Below, piece after piece: positions 1 through 12,596 of a DNA stretch of 64,000 nt. The translations under genes and the position numbers were made by a program. This DNA is from Malacoraja senta (Eukaryota): positions 5,208,001 to 5,272,000 of the forward strand of contig CM075991.1 of assembly GCA_038087875.1 (NCBI GenBank). Reading direction: 5' to 3'. The notes below the pieces were generated by a model. The model saw only the letters and a program-made list of their open reading frames with translations, made no database searches and was not told the DNA's origin. Position 1 is the first letter of the stretch; each line of letters opens with the position of its first letter.

Positions 1-1
1 G

Positions 2-226
2 GCCCAGTGGCTCGCCCACCCCCGCTACAGCCCCGAAGACCGGGTGCCCCCCTTCGTCCTCCACCACCAGCTGTACCACCTCAACGCCATCGAGTGGGCG
101 GCCAGCACCCTGGAGATGATGGCCATCGCCGCCAAGAATGTCGCCCTGCTCGCCCACCACCGCTGGTTCCAGCAGCTGGACAAGGTCGACCAAGACACGC
201 CATTAAACCTTAAGCTCGAACTCTAA
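2..226 (+). CDS. PCYOX1: Prenylcysteine oxidase 1 (PCYOX1/PCYOX1L family), 3' part of last coding exon; gene runs in from the left edge
   Basis: Frame from nt 2 reads AQWLAHPRYSPEDRVPPFVLHHQLYHLNAIEWAASTLEMMAIAAKNVALLAHHRWFQQLDKVDQDTPLNLKLEL*, matching the family C-terminus (WLAYP..LYYLNGIE.AASAMEM.AIAA.N.ALLA.HRW..KTEL). GC3-rich codons. Adjacency to SNRPG favours PCYOX1 over the paralogue PCYOX1L. Confidence 0.8.
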   Translation, partial: AQWLAHPRYSPEDRVPPFVLHHQLYHLNAIEWAASTLEMMAIAAKNVALLAHHRWFQQLDKVDQDTPLNLKLEL

Positions 227-469
227 CCCAAGTTGGCCAGAAAAGACTTTGAATGTTGACTTCAAGACCCTTCTGCACACTGGATGTTTGCTTCTACCTG
301 AAGGGTTGGGTTATGTTAGCACAGAGTCACATTGAGAATCACGGCACAGAAAAAGACGATGCTGCCATTCCAGTCTGTGCTGGTTGACACTCCAAGCAAT
401 TCTCTTCCCCTCACTATTGCTGCTTAATCACTCCACGTTGGAGGACATTTTGAATTCTCAATGCTCTCT

Positions 470-850
470 TGGGGTCCCGCTTGGGCAGCTTACAACCCAG
501 CAGTATGAATATTGAATTCTCTAACTTCAAGTAACCCTTGCTTTCCCTCTCTCTCTGTCCCTCCCCCACCCCAGTGCTCTGATTAGTTTCACTGTCCTGC
601 TGATTCATTTTGCTGTTTGTCTGCCTCGTTGTCACCTTCCCCTCAGCCAATTATGAAACATTCTACATTTCCTTGATCATCGTCTGCTTTGCTCTGACAT
701 TTTCACACCTTACCATTCCATATCTCTAGTCTCCCTCTCCCCTGACTCTCAGTCTGAAGAAGGGTCTCAACCCGAAACGTCACCCATTACTTCTCTCCAG
801 AGATGCTGCCTGTCCCGCTGAGTTACTCCAGCTTTTTGTGTCTATATTCG
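470..850 (+). mobile_element. Penelope-like element 3' end (GIY-YIG tail + 3'UTR with hammerhead motif at 754-781)
   Basis: RLGSLQPSSMNIEFSNFK* followed by CTGAAGA-A-GGGTCTCAACCC-GAAACGTC. Confidence 0.75.
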
Positions 851-1062
851 GTAGCCTTCTAAACAAATTTTGTCTAGAATTCCCACATAGATTGATCTGG
901 AACATCCTATCTGGCTTGTACTTTTAGACACAAGGAACTGCATATCCTGGTTTACACAAAAGGATGCAAAGTGCTGGAGTAATTCAGTGGGTCAGGCAGC
1001 ATCTCTGGAGAACATGGATAGATGACGTTTTGTGTCGGGATCCTTCTGCAGACTGAACCTAA

Positions 1063-1960
1063 AGGGCAGCAGAGTGGCGCAGCGGTAGAGTTGCAGCCTT
1101 ACAGCGCCTGAGACCCAGGTTTACATACAGCCATACTAAAAAAAGCAACAAGACACACAACTACATAAAAGTTAACATAAACATCCACCACAGCGGATTC
1201 CCCATATTCCTCACTGTGATGGAAGGCAAAAAAGTCTAATCTTCTGCCCTCTTTTTTCTCCCGCGATCGGGGCAGTTGAACCATCCGCAGTTGGGGCGAT
1301 GGAAGCTCCCGCGGCTGGCGATCGAAGCCCCCGTGTTGGCGACGGTCGAAGCTCCCGCGATCGGGGCGGTTAAAGCTCCTGCGGCCTGGAGCTCCCAAAG
1401 TCGATCCCGAACCAAGGGACCGCGAGCTCCACGATGTTAAAGTCCGCAGGCTCCCACGGTTGGAGCTCCCGAAGTCGGTCCCCAGCAAGAGGACGCCAGC
1501 TCCACCACATTAGGCTGCAGTGCTGGCGGAGATACGATATGGGGGGAAATCGCAACTCCGTCGAGGTAAGAGATTTTAAAATGTTTCCACCAACCCCCCC
1601 CCCCCACCTAAAACTAAGCTAAATGACACTAACACATACATTTAACACATACTAAAAAACAACAAAGAAGAAAAAGGACAAGACAGCCTGTTGGCGAGGC
1701 AGCCATTGCGTTTGATTCTGACTACGGGTGCTGTCTCAAAGCAGTTTGTATGTTCTCCCTGTGACCACGTGGGTTTTCTCCGGGTGCTCTGGTTTCCTCC
1801 CACACTGTGAAGACGTACAGTTTGTACGTTAATTGGCTTCTGTAAAGTTGGAAATTGTCCCTAGTGTTTAGGATAGTGCTAGTGCATGGGTGATTACTGG
1901 TCAGCGCGATCTCAGTGGGCCAAAGGGACGGTTTCTGCACTATATCTCTAAAGGCTAAAG
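1063..1960 (+). mobile_element. HE1-like tRNA-derived V-SINE split by an insertion at ~1122-1710
   Basis: A-box GTGGCGCAGCGG, B-box interrupted, V-domain GGGTTTTCTCCGGGTGCTCTGGTTTCCTCCCACA, CR1-type tail. Confidence 0.75.
1122..1710 (-). mobile_element. Non-autonomous GC-rich LINE derivative (Rex1/L2-like tail)
   Basis: Shares blocks (AACATAAACATCCACCACAG..CACTGTGATGGAAGGC; GGAGCTCC repeats) with 15215-15905 and 25760-26685; 5' end matches 54350-54445. Confidence 0.55.
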
Positions 1961-4401
1961 TCTAAAGATACTGCCTGACCCGCTGTGTTACTCCAGCACT
2001 TTGTGTCCATTTTTGTAGCTTTGTCCTTACCTATCAAGAGAAATGCCTTCTCCACGTCAACCCTGATGCTGCCTGACCTGCTGAGTTACTCCAGCTCTCT
2101 GTGTCTTTTTGCAATAATATCTCATTAACAGTGGCCCCCTCTTGTATGCTCTGTTCCACCTTCACAGCCAACTCTTTCTCCACATCCTCGCAGTGCTAAC
2201 AATGCCAACACAGACCTTTGACCTAGATGTTTTCAAAGAGCTGCGCTACAGAGGGGACCTCTGAGGGTGAATTGGATTGAAGTCATGGGAGACGATCAAG
2301 GAACCACCTGAAGACACAGATAGGGGGGTAGAGAGATTTTAATAAGAGTATGTAATTGACTGGGTGCTAAGAGCCAAACCACACCATTGTGAGCCAGGAG
2401 CCACATCTAGTTCAGGTGTAATAAAGACAAAATGTTGTTGGTTTTTCTTTCTCTAAAATACATTTATGATCAATATGGCTTCTTTGCACCAATCTGCTAG
2501 CAGTGCCCAGGTAACAGCTTTTTCATTCCAAAGATAATATAGTACCAACATGATCCCATTATTGGCTCGTGATGGGATCTGAGTCTATGTCAGTACATCG
2601 TAAAGTCCTACAGCACTGAAACAAGCCCTTTGTCCCAATTCGTCCATGCCGACCAAGGTGCCCCATCTAAGCTCGTCCCATTTGCCCGCGTTTGGCCCAT
2701 ATCCCTCTAAACCTTTCCTATCCATGTACCTGACTAAATGTCTCTTAACTGCTCTGACAGTACCTGCCTTAACTACCTCCTCTGGCAGCTCGTTCCATAC
2801 ACCCACCATCCTTGGACTTTGGATTGACAACCTAATAACATTACCTACTCTTACCAGAACCATGGTTCAAAATTGGTGCAAAGAACGGATTTACAAAGGA
2901 TTGATGAGAGTGACTGCTTTTGACATCAAGGCAGCACTTGACTGAGCGTGGCATTAGAAATACTGAAGACTGTGACATTAAAGAGAAAATACACTCCATG
3001 TGGTTATACTTTCAAAGAAGAAGCTGCTTTGTCATTGGAGGTCAATCATTCCAGCCCCAAGATCTTTCTGCATGAATTCAGCAGGATAGAATCCTAGCTC
3101 AGCATTTTCAGCAGTGACCTTCCTTCCAGAATGAGATCTTCACTCCATTTCCATTCCGTTTGCAACTCCTCATGTGTTGAAGCACTCCATGCCAGCAGGC
3201 AGCAAGACCTGGGCATCATCCAGGGCACGGCTGAGTGGTGGCAAGTTACATTTGCGCCATACCTGTGCCAGGCAATGAGACATCCTTTATGGAGTGAATC
3301 TAGCCAGCTACACGTGGCAATCAATGGATATTTTTAAGGCCGAGATAAATAGATTCTTGATTAGTACATGTGTCGGTGGTTATGGAGAGGAGGCAGGAGA
3401 AATGGGTTAAGACGGAAAGATAGATCAGCCATGATTGAATGGCTAAGTAAACTTGATTGGCCAAATGGCCTAATTCTGCTCCTATCACTGATGAACTAAT
3501 GAACATGGTGTACAATTAACATGAACATCACCAAGTTCAAGATGTGCACATCCTTCTGACATTTGCAGTGAGGGGCCATTATTGACCAGATACTGGTCGA
3601 GAGACTTCAGTCCAGATGAAGTGTGTTGACCCGAGTGGCCAACTGTCCATTTCCCTCTGCAGATGCTGCCTGACCTGCTGAGTTCTTCCAGCACTTTGTC
3701 TATTGCTCCAGACCCCAGCAGCTGCAGTATCTCGTGTCAACATCTCAGAGCAATGTCGATTCCTCCCTAATGAATTCGGAGGAACGGGCATCGACCTTAA
3801 AACTTTATCTCCGTTTCTCCACAAATACCGCTTGACCTGCTGAGAATTTCCAGCATTTTTGATTTTATTGTTTTCACTACATTTCATTTTGTTTTAGAAT
3901 TGTCTTGGTGCCTTTTGTAAATGAGAAGATGTGCCCATTTTGAAAGAACCTAATGTTTGATTGCAAACCTTGCATTTGAATTCTTTTGTCAATAAAATGG
4001 AGAAATGATTGCAAAATATGACAGTTGGTTTTATGGTTAAAGAGATTCATTCATATCACAAAACATAAATGTCGCAACATTCACCAGGTCAAAAACTTCA
4101 GCAAATAGAGACATCTGCACGTGATGACCTTTTGTCTTTTGAAAGGGAATATAGCAAGTAAAATAAGTAGCAGAATGCATTTAGTTTAATTTATTATTGT
4201 CATGCGTTCCAAGGTACAGTGTAAACCTTTTGTTTGCATACTATCCACTCAAAGGACTATACATTAATACAATCAAGTCATCCACAGTGCACAGATAAAG
4301 GATAAAGGGCACATCATTTAGTGCAAGATATAACATTGAAGTCCGTTAAAGTCAGATTAAAGATAGTTCAAAGGTCTCCAATGACGTAGGTGGGAGGTTA
4401 A

Positions 4402-4549
4402 AGGGCCTGTCCCACTTGGCGATTTTTTCGGCGACTGCGGCATCATTGACTGACGTATAAATGTCACTGAAAACTACGCATGATAACGTATGACGCACGG
4501 TGTTTTTTCAAGTGTCGCAACCACAAAATCGCCAAGTGGGACAGGCCCT
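4402..4549. mobile_element. PIF/Harbinger-type MITE
   Basis: Perfect ~25-bp TIR AGGGCCTGTCCCACTTGGCGATTTT; TAA on both flanks (3-bp TWA TSD); 148 bp. Confidence 0.85.
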
Positions 4550-5630
4550 TAAAGACCACACTAGAGTTGATAAGAGGACGGTTCAGTTGCCTGATAATGG
4601 CTGGAAAGAAATGTTCCTAAATCTGGAGGCATGCTTTCCTCTGTACTTCTTGCCGGATGGGAGAAGAGGGAGTGACCGGTGTGAGACTGGTCCTTGATTA
4701 TGCCGGTGTCCTTGCCGAGGCAGCATGGAGTGTAGAGCCAATGGAAGAGAGACTGGTTGTGACGGTCTGGGATACATCCACAACTCTCTGCAATCTCTAA
4801 TTGGAGCTACTGGGCAATGGAGAAAAGTGTGTCCCTGGTTAAATCAAGAGCATTATTTGTCATTCTTAATTCTTTATTAAAACAGATCTGAAAGCAAGAA
4901 CCAAACTTTGTGTCAAACTCTTGGAAATGGCAGGTCCACTCATTCTGATTTTTGGATGAAATATTCCACTGGAAAACATAATAGTTTTAATTCCTTTCAA
5001 TGGGCATGAGTGATGCGAGGGGTTTGCAACTTACACAATTCTTGAGTTTATGAGTCAGTTAAATTTGTACCAGAGAAGTATCAAACCTGCATTTTACATC
5101 ACTTGGTACATGTCCTGTGGTCCGGATTGTGAAAATCTTTGGTTCAATGGTTCAGTTTAATTTTGTTTATTGTCACATGTACTGAGAAGGTACGGTGAGA
5201 TTGTTTTTGTTGCATATAAATCAGTAAGATTATTGCCATGCATAAGTACAATGCCTGGTTAAGCACATAATGCATAAAGACAGCCCGCTGAGTCTATATG
5301 CAGTAGTCATCAGGTTTTGGCACCATTTCACAGTCGCAACTGCAGCTGGCCATAAAGGCCTGTTGCAGCCGTCGCCTCCATCTTCCAGTAAACACTTCCA
5401 GTGTCAGCTCCATTGTACAAGTGTTCTGGTTGTAATTCTTTTTCAATGGATGCCCTAAATTTCTCTCGGAGAGCTATCAGCAACAGTTGCCTGTTCCCCT
5501 GGAAAACAGATCACGTGGTCGCTGCAGCATTTATTTCAAATTGAGGCAGCCTTACAGCTGAAGTGTTAATATTTCCTGTCAGTCAAGACCAAAGATACTA
5601 GAGGAGCTCTGGTATCCTTATTATCCTCTG

Positions 5631-7125
5631 TTTAAGAAGGAACTGCAGATGCTGGAAAGGCAAAGGTAGACAAAAGTGCTGGAGAAACTCAGTGGGTGAG
5701 GCAGCATCTATTGGCGAAGGAAATAGGCAACATTTCGGGTTGAGACCCTTCTTCAGACTGATGTGAGGGTGGGGCGGGAAGAAGAAAGGAAGAGGTGGAG
5801 ACAGTGGGCTGAGGGAGAGCTGAGAAGGGGAGGAGAAAGCAGGGACTACCTGAAATTAGAGAAGTCAATGTTCATACCGCTGGGGTGTAAACTGCCCAAG
5901 CGAAATATGAGGTGCTGCTCCTCTGATTTACGGTGGGACTCACTCTGGCCATGGAGAAGGCCCAGGACAGAAAGGTCGGATTCGGAATGGGAGAGGAAGT
6001 TAAAGTGCTGAGCCCCCTGGAGATCAGGTTGGTTATTGCGAACCGAGCGGAAATGTTGGGCGAAGCGATCGCCAAGCCTACGCTTGGTCTCACCGAAGTT
6101 GAGCGGCTGATACCTAGAGCAGCGGATGCGATAGATTAGGTTAGAGGAGATGCAGGTGAACCTCTGCCGCACCTGGAAAGTCTGCTTGGGTCCTTGAATG
6201 GAGTCAAGGGGGGAGGTAAAGCGACAAGTGTAGCATTTCCTGCGGTTGCAAGGGAAAGTGCCCGGGGAGAGGGGGTGGTTCGGGTGGGAAGGGACGAATT
6301 GACCAGGGAGTTAGGGGGGAGCGGTCTCTGCGGAAAGCAGACGGGGGAGGAGATGGGAAGATGTGGCCAGTGGTGGGATCCCGTTGGAGGTGTGAAAATG
6401 TCGGAGGATTATTTGTTGTATGTGACGGCTGGTAGTGTGGAAGGTGAGCACAAGGGGGACTCTGCCCTTGTTACGAGTGGGGGGGATGGGGAGTGAGCAG
6501 AGTTTAGGGGCTACAGAAGAGACCCTGGTGGGGTGGAAGACTGCAACCTTCACGGGCAATCAACCCGGCGTGCACAATCAAATAAGATCAAATAGAACAA
6601 AGGTACACAAAAATGCTGGAGAAACTCAGCGGGTGCAGCAGCATCTATGGAGCGAAGGAAATAGGTAACGTTTCGGGCCGAAACCCTTCTTCAGACTGAT
6701 AGGGGGTGGGGAGAAGAAAGGAAAAAAGGAAAAGGCGGAGGAGGAGCCCGAGGGCTGGGGGAGGGGAGGAGACAACCAGATGGCTGATGAAGGGGAGGGG
6801 ACAGCCAGGGCTAGCAGAATTGGGAGAATTCAACGTTCAGGCCACCAGGATGTAGACTGCCCAAGCGGAATATGAGGTGCATTTCCTCCAATTTACGGTG
6901 TTGCTCGCTGTGGCCATGGAGGAGACCCAGGACAGACTGATGTGAGGGTGGGGCATCTTCTTCCCGCCCCACCCTCACATCAGTCTGAAGAAGATACGGA
7001 ATGGGAGGGGGAGTTGAAGTGCTGAGCCACCGCGAGTTCAGATAGAACAAGTTGTCCTACAACTTTAGGCTGTGCTCGCCATACGCAAGAAGAGGAAGAA
7101 GAAGAAACCCTTGTGAGAACCTCAT
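5631..7125 (-). mobile_element. Penelope-like (Neptune-type) retroelement 3' half, interrupted by nested insertions
   Basis: RVPLVLTFH RT C-terminus, CNRRKCYTC linker, degenerate GIY-YIG (NLIYRIRC..FGETKRRL..HFN..GMNIDF), 3'UTR with hammerhead motif ~5730-5757. Confidence 0.85.
6530..7099 (+). mobile_element. (AAG)n-tailed short retroelement with deleted HDV-like ribozyme; contains a Penelope fragment at 6601-7037
   Basis: Homologous to 27693-27836. Flanked by AGAAGAGACCCTGGT (6515-6529) and AGAAGAAACCCTTGT (7100-7114). Confidence 0.8.
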
Positions 7126-7189
7126 TATCATCCATTATTATCCTTTAGTATCTTTGGTCAAGACTGAATGTTGTAATGGGGATAAACCT

Positions 7190-7440
7190 GGGAGATGATT
7201 GGCTGATGGACGGCAATGGAGCTGATTGGTCCAATGGAGTCTAAATCTGATTGGTTGAAGTGAGGGTAGATCTGATTGGTTGAAGAGAGGGAGATACTGG
7301 GATCCGATTGGACGAGGGGCCGCTGTTTGAATCGTGTTGCGCACGCACATCGCTGACGCAGCAACCGAGCGCCGGCGCTCTGACGTGTGTGTGAGCGCGA
7401 CGGGAGAGCGGGGCTGAGAGAAGCGGCGGCGAGGACAAGA
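7190..7440 (+). promoter_or_regulatory. SNRPG promoter: CpG-island edge with array of CCAAT boxes, CRE-like and NRF1-like sites
   Basis: ATTGG at 7198, 7225, 7250, 7275, 7307; CCAAT at 7231; TGCGCACGCAC ~7338; TGACGCA ~7354; TGACGTG 7381. CpG-rich from ~7300 to 7720. Confidence 0.7.
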
Positions 7441-7471
7441 TGAGCAAAGCGCACCCGCCCGAGCTGAAGAA
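7440..7471 (+). CDS. SNRPG: Small nuclear ribonucleoprotein G (Sm-G), coding exon 1
   Basis: ATG at 7440, MSKAHPPELK+AA, GTGAGT donor at 7472; 32 nt. Confidence 0.97.
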
Positions 7472-8427
7472 GTGAGTGGCCGGTAGCAGGATCTGACCGG
7501 ACCGGACCGTACCTGGGTCTCGCGTATAGTCGACGGGCGGCGTCCATCACCCTCCCGGGCCGCCGGGTGAAGGCGGGCTCCGGTTGGCGTAGGCCGCGCC
7601 CATGTGCAGCCGCCGGGCCTGAGGACCGGGCCGGGCCGGGGAGGCAGTTACAGCCCGCCCGCAGTTACAGCCGCTCCACCGGGCACACCCGCCGCGCAGC
7701 TCCCCGGGAGGAAGGAGGAGAAGGGGTGGCGGGTTTAGATTCGGGTTTATTATTTGCAGATACCGAGCGAGGCACGGTTAAAGCTCTGTTTTATGATCAT
7801 GGCTGAGTTGGATGATCAGCCATGATCATATTGAATGGCGGTGCAGGCTGGAAGGGCCGAATGGCCTACTCCTGCACCTATTTTCTATGTTTACCTGCCC
7901 TGTAAATAGACCAGGTATAAGTCTGAAGAGGGGTCTCGACCCAAAATATCACCCTTTCCTTTTCTCCAGAGATGCTACTCCAGATAACCCGCTGAGTTAC
8001 TCCAGCTTTCTGTGTCTATATTCGGCATCTGCAGTTTCTTCTTACATGGATCAGGTATAACATACATAATTACAACCGAGTTAAACTCAAGTACGATAGG
8101 TAGAGGGGAAGATACAGAGTGCAGAATATAGTTCTCGGCTTTGTCGCGCACCAGTTCAATCAGATCAGCTAATATTACAATGTGTAGGAAATAACTGCAG
8201 ATGCTGGTTTAAATTAAAGGTAGACACAAAATGCTGAAGTAAAAGTGAACAGCAGGATGTCAGTGATACTCTTGTTTAAATGTTATGCATTAATTTTGCA
8301 GTATTTAATTCCAATAAGTATTGATAATGAGGTTCTTGGGGTTTAAATACAGCTGATTTAAGAACCCATCAGTTATTGCTAAACATAGCCTGGAGAAATC
8401 ATTGACCAGATTTTTTTTTAATTTTAG

Positions 8428-8450
8428 ATTCATGGACAAGAAGTTGTCAC
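8428..8450 (+). CDS. SNRPG: SNRPG coding exon 2 (23-nt micro-exon)
   Basis: T-rich tract and TAG acceptor, (K)FMDKKLS+C, GTAAGT donor at 8451; phases fit exons 1 and 3. Confidence 0.95.
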
Positions 8451-8630
8451 GTAAGTTTTTAATTAAAATTGCATTTAAAGAGCTGGGAAGTGTTTTGGAA
8501 GGAGGGTTGTATTGTACAATATGGGAACTCTGGAATAAGTCTTTTAAAAAGTCTCTCACAAAATCTTGAACACTGAATGACTGCCAAAACTGGGAAGTCA
8601 TTAAGCAAAACATTTGTAAATTGTCCCACC

Positions 8631-8925
8631 AGTTTTAGACTTTAAAGCTGCAGCGTGGAAACAGGCCTTCGTCCCACTGAGGCCACACTGACCAATAATC
8701 GCCCCTACACTAACACTTTCCGACACACTTGGGACAATTTACAATTTTACAGAAGCCAGTTAACCTACGAGCCTTTACGTCTTTGGAGTGTGGGAGGAAA
8801 CCGGAGCACCCGGACAAAACCCATGCGGTCACAGGGAGAACATACAAACTCCGCACAGGCAGCACCCATAGTCAGGATTGAACCCATGTCTCTGGCGCTG
8901 TAAGGCAGCAACTCTACCGCTGCTA
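8631..8925 (-). mobile_element. HE1-like V-SINE (SNRPG intron 2)
   Basis: Reverse complement of tRNA head, V-domain and CR1-like tail. Confidence 0.8.
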
Positions 8926-9454
8926 TCAGTTGTTCAGCAAATTCTGACCTTGTGCAAGTGGTAATTCACCAATTCTTTTCAATTAAAAATTGTGTAAATC
9001 TGTAAGAATATACCAGTGTGACTTTCCATACATGGTTTGCATCATCCTCTTGTGCATTAGATCAAAACTCTAAGTCAATTAAGTTTAAATTAAAATTGCT
9101 AGATTGTGTGGTGTGCTGCACAACAGTAGCTTTAATTATGCTGGTTCCAATTCTTGTTCTGAAAGGCAAATTTCAGATTGCTTTTGCTGAATGTTTGCAC
9201 TCCTGTGAAGTAGGCAAGATGGTGAAGCTGCATTTGTGCAACTGCAAATAGATTAAAGGTATTAGTGGTCTCTTTGGGAAAAGCTGCAAAATATTTGTGT
9301 TCATAATGTTTTGCCACAATCTTGATAAATTAAGATGGAGGAAGTGATCCTGATTTCAGGATGGTGAATATGTTGTCAATTTATTGTTTTTGCACTGGGG
9401 TGCTGCATTAAGCACTTGACCGTTTCCTATCATTAAATCATCCCACTTCATTAA

Positions 9455-9775
9455 TTTTTAGAGATACCACATGGAATCATACCCTTCTGCCCACCGTGTC
9501 CACGCCACCAATTGATCACCCCTTCACACTAGTTCTATGTTATCCCACTTTCTCATACACTTCCTGCACACTCAGGGCAATTTACAGAGGCCAATTAACC
9601 TACAAGCCTGCACATCTTTGCGGTGTGGGAGGAAACCGGGGCACCCGGAAGGAACTCACACAGTCACAGGGAGAACAGGAAACACCACATGGACAGCACC
9701 CGAGGTCAAGATCGAAATTGCGTCTATGGCGCTGTGAGGCATGGGCATTACAAGCTGCGCCACTGCACCACCCTG
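9455..9775 (-). mobile_element. HE1-like V-SINE (SNRPG intron 2)
   Basis: TGTGGGAGGAAACCGG V-domain core and tail. Confidence 0.7.
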
Positions 9776-9830
9776 TTCTGTTCAGAGATCAAGGAGACTG
9801 CAAAGGTTTTTCATGCTTTATTTTATTCAG

Positions 9831-9955
9831 TAAAACTAAACGGTGGAAGACATGTGCAAGGAATTCTACGTGGGTTCGATCCCTTCATGAATCTTGTCGT
9901 GGATGAATCCTTGGAAATGGCACAGGGTGGCCAACAGAATACCATTGGCATGGTG
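9831..9955 (+). CDS. SNRPG: SNRPG coding exon 3
   Basis: TTTTATTCAG acceptor, (L)[41 protein letters not shown] (Sm1 motif), GTAAGT donor; 125 nt. Confidence 0.97.
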
Positions 9956-11523
9956 GTAAGTTACTTAAGTTTACTACAGTGAATAAGCGAGTTTGATATT
10001 TCAAATGCGCATGCCCAGGCCATGTATGGACCAGCGTATTCATTTCAATGAGATTTAAAAATGTATCCGTCAAATATGTCAGCAGTAGGCCACAGCACAG
10101 GCTGCACAAATCCACAATTGTATCTATTTAAATTATTGACACAATACAGCACCAGCCTTGAAAATAATAAATTCTTTAACTTTTTGAATATCTCATAATT
10201 GCAGAATAATGAACTGAACTAGAACTGGGACCGTGTAAGTAGTGTGTGAACAGCAGAACAAGAAAGTTGACAGAATTTTTTATTTTGAATGATCTTTGAC
10301 AAATCCCATGATTCCTTGCATATATCGAAATACCAAACTCGCTTATTAGTTTGACTCTTATCAAAATGCGTCGCAACCAAATTCGTGAACACACTAAGTA
10401 CTGGAGGAGCTCAGTGGGTCAGGCAGCTCCTATGGAGGAAATGGACGGACAACGTTCCAGGTTGGTGCCCTTCTGATCAGTCTGAAGAAGGGTCCTGACC
10501 GGAATTGTTGCCTGCCCATTCCCTCCACCAGCACTTTGTGTTTTGCTCAAAGATTCTAGCATCTGCAGTTTCTTGTGCCTGTAGTTATCTAAAGGTCAGT
10601 CCTGACCTACCATCTACCTCATTGGAGACTCAGACTTTGATCGGGCTTTACAGAAATTTATCTTGCACCAAACGTTGTTCCCTTTATCCTGTGTCAGTAC
10701 ACTGTGAATGGCTTGATTGTAATCATGTATAGCCTTTCCTCTGACTGGATAGTATGTAACAAAAAAGCTTACCGAGTCGTGAAAGGCCTGGAGACTGACT
10801 TTTCTCACTTCCAGCTCTTCACCTCCACCCCTGACATTCAGTCTGCAGAGGGATCAACACCTTTGCTTGGACCTACCTGATCTCCCAGTTGCTAAACACT
10901 TTAATTCGCCTTCCCATTCCCACAATGACCTTTCTGTCCTAGGTCTCCTCCATTGTCAGGAGGAGGTTAAACGCAAATTGGAGGAACGGCATCTCATATT
11001 TCACTTGTGCAGCTTACAGCCCAGTGGTATGAATATTATAGGACCCGAGGCCATAGCCTCAGAATAAAAGGATGTACCTTTAAAAAGGAGATGAGGTGGA
11101 ATTTCTTTAGTCAGGGGGTCGTGAATCTGGAATTCATTACCACAGATGGCTGTGGAAGCCATCAATTGATATTTCGATGGCAGAGAATGACATATTCTTG
11201 ATTAGTAAAGGTGTTAGGGGTTAGAAGGCAGGAGAATGGGGTTGTGAGGATGACATATCTGCCATCTGATGCCAGCCCTGATTTGTCCTGTTTTATTTTT
11301 CGTCTCCATGTTTTTGTCCCCACTCTCCACTTCAATCAGTCTGAAGAAGTGTCCAACCAAAACATTTCGCCTATCCATGTTCTCCAACAATGCTGCCTGA
11401 CCCTGTTGAGTTAAGGCAGCACTTTGTGCCTATCTTTGATATAAACCAGCATCTGCAGTTCCTTTTTACTACTATTTAGGTCCCCTTTCAGTGAGGTTTT
11501 TAACTTTGCATTCTCTTCACCAG

Positions 11524-11574
11524 GTAATTAGAGGGAACAGCATTATCATGCTCGAAGCTTTAGAAAGAGTATAG
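11524..11574 (+). CDS. SNRPG: SNRPG coding exon 4
   Basis: CAG acceptor, VIRGNSIIMLEALERV* (Sm2 motif). Exons total 231 nt = 76 aa + stop. Confidence 0.97.
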   Translation, partial: VIRGNSIIMLEALERV

Positions 11575-11746
11575 TGAAGACCTCACTCGTGAAGCCTTGG
11601 AAACGTGGTAAAGTGACCGAACGGACATTTGAAGCATTGATTATTTTTTTTTGTCTGTCATGAAGAAAGAAGCCGATTGCCGTTTACTTTATAAAGTACG
11701 CTCGTTTTTTGAATTTTGTGAATAAGTTACACTTTGTACCGGTGAA

Positions 11747-11763
11747 ATTAAAAGACCATTAAA
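11747..11763 (+). terminator. SNRPG polyadenylation signals (two ATTAAA)
   Basis: ATTAAA at 11747 and 11758, ~175 nt after the stop, followed by T/GT-rich sequence. Confidence 0.6.
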
Positions 11764-11984
11764 AAAGTTTTTTTGTATGAACAAAGGATTGGATAAATTG
11801 CTCTTATTTTCATTGCTTTTGTGTATGTTGTAGACAAATCTGAATGAGCTGCCAATTGTCAGTGATACAGTTCAATTTCCTCCAACGAATAATCCTAGTG
11901 TGACAGAGCAGTGCAGCGTAGGACCAGGCACTTCAGCTCACAATGTCTGTGCCAAACATTATGCCAAGTTAAACAATGTCTGCC

Positions 11985-12450
11985 ACAGATAGACACACAA
12001 AGCTGGAGTAACTCAGTGGAACAGGCATCTCTGGAGAGGTATGGGTGATGTTACTGGTCGAGACCCTTCTTCAGACTAGTTAAGGGAAACGAGAGATATA
12101 GACGGTGATGTGGAGAGATAAGGAACAATGAATTAAAGATATGCAAAAAAGTAACTATGATAAAGTAAACAGGCCATTGTTAGCTGGGGGGAAACGAGAA
12201 GTGGTGCGACTTGGGTGGGGGAGGGATGGAGAGAAGGAATGTCACGGTTACTCTAGAGAAATCAATATTCATACCACTGGGCTGTGAGCTGCACAAGTGA
12301 AATATGAGATGCCGTTCCTCCAATTTGCGTTTAACCTCTGACAATGGAGGAGACCTAGGACAGAAAGGTCATTGTGGGAATGGGAAGGAGAATTAAAATG
12401 TTTAGCAACCAGGAGATCAGGTAGGTCCAGGCGGACTAAGCAAAGGTGTT
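11985..12450 (-). mobile_element. Penelope-like 3' fragment
   Basis: PDLLVAKHFNSPSHSHNDLSVLGLLHCQ plus the typical 3'UTR. Confidence 0.75.
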
Positions 12451-12596
12451 GATCCTGCTTCAGACTGAAGAGCTGGAAGTAAGAATAGTCAGTCTCCAGC
12501 TCTTCAATTACACCCCCCACCCCCCTACTTTCAGCCTGAAGAAGGGTCCTGCCATAATGAATACTGATCAATCCCGTCTTGGGGGCATACAAAGTA

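Noticed and set aside
7195..7312. CRISPR-like regular repeats
   Set aside because: Eukaryotic DNA; units are short CCAAT-box repeats without unique spacers or cas genes.
9623..9830. ORF extension upstream of SNRPG exon 3
   Set aside because: SINE and intron sequence; a canonical acceptor at 9830 and exon phases define the true exon.
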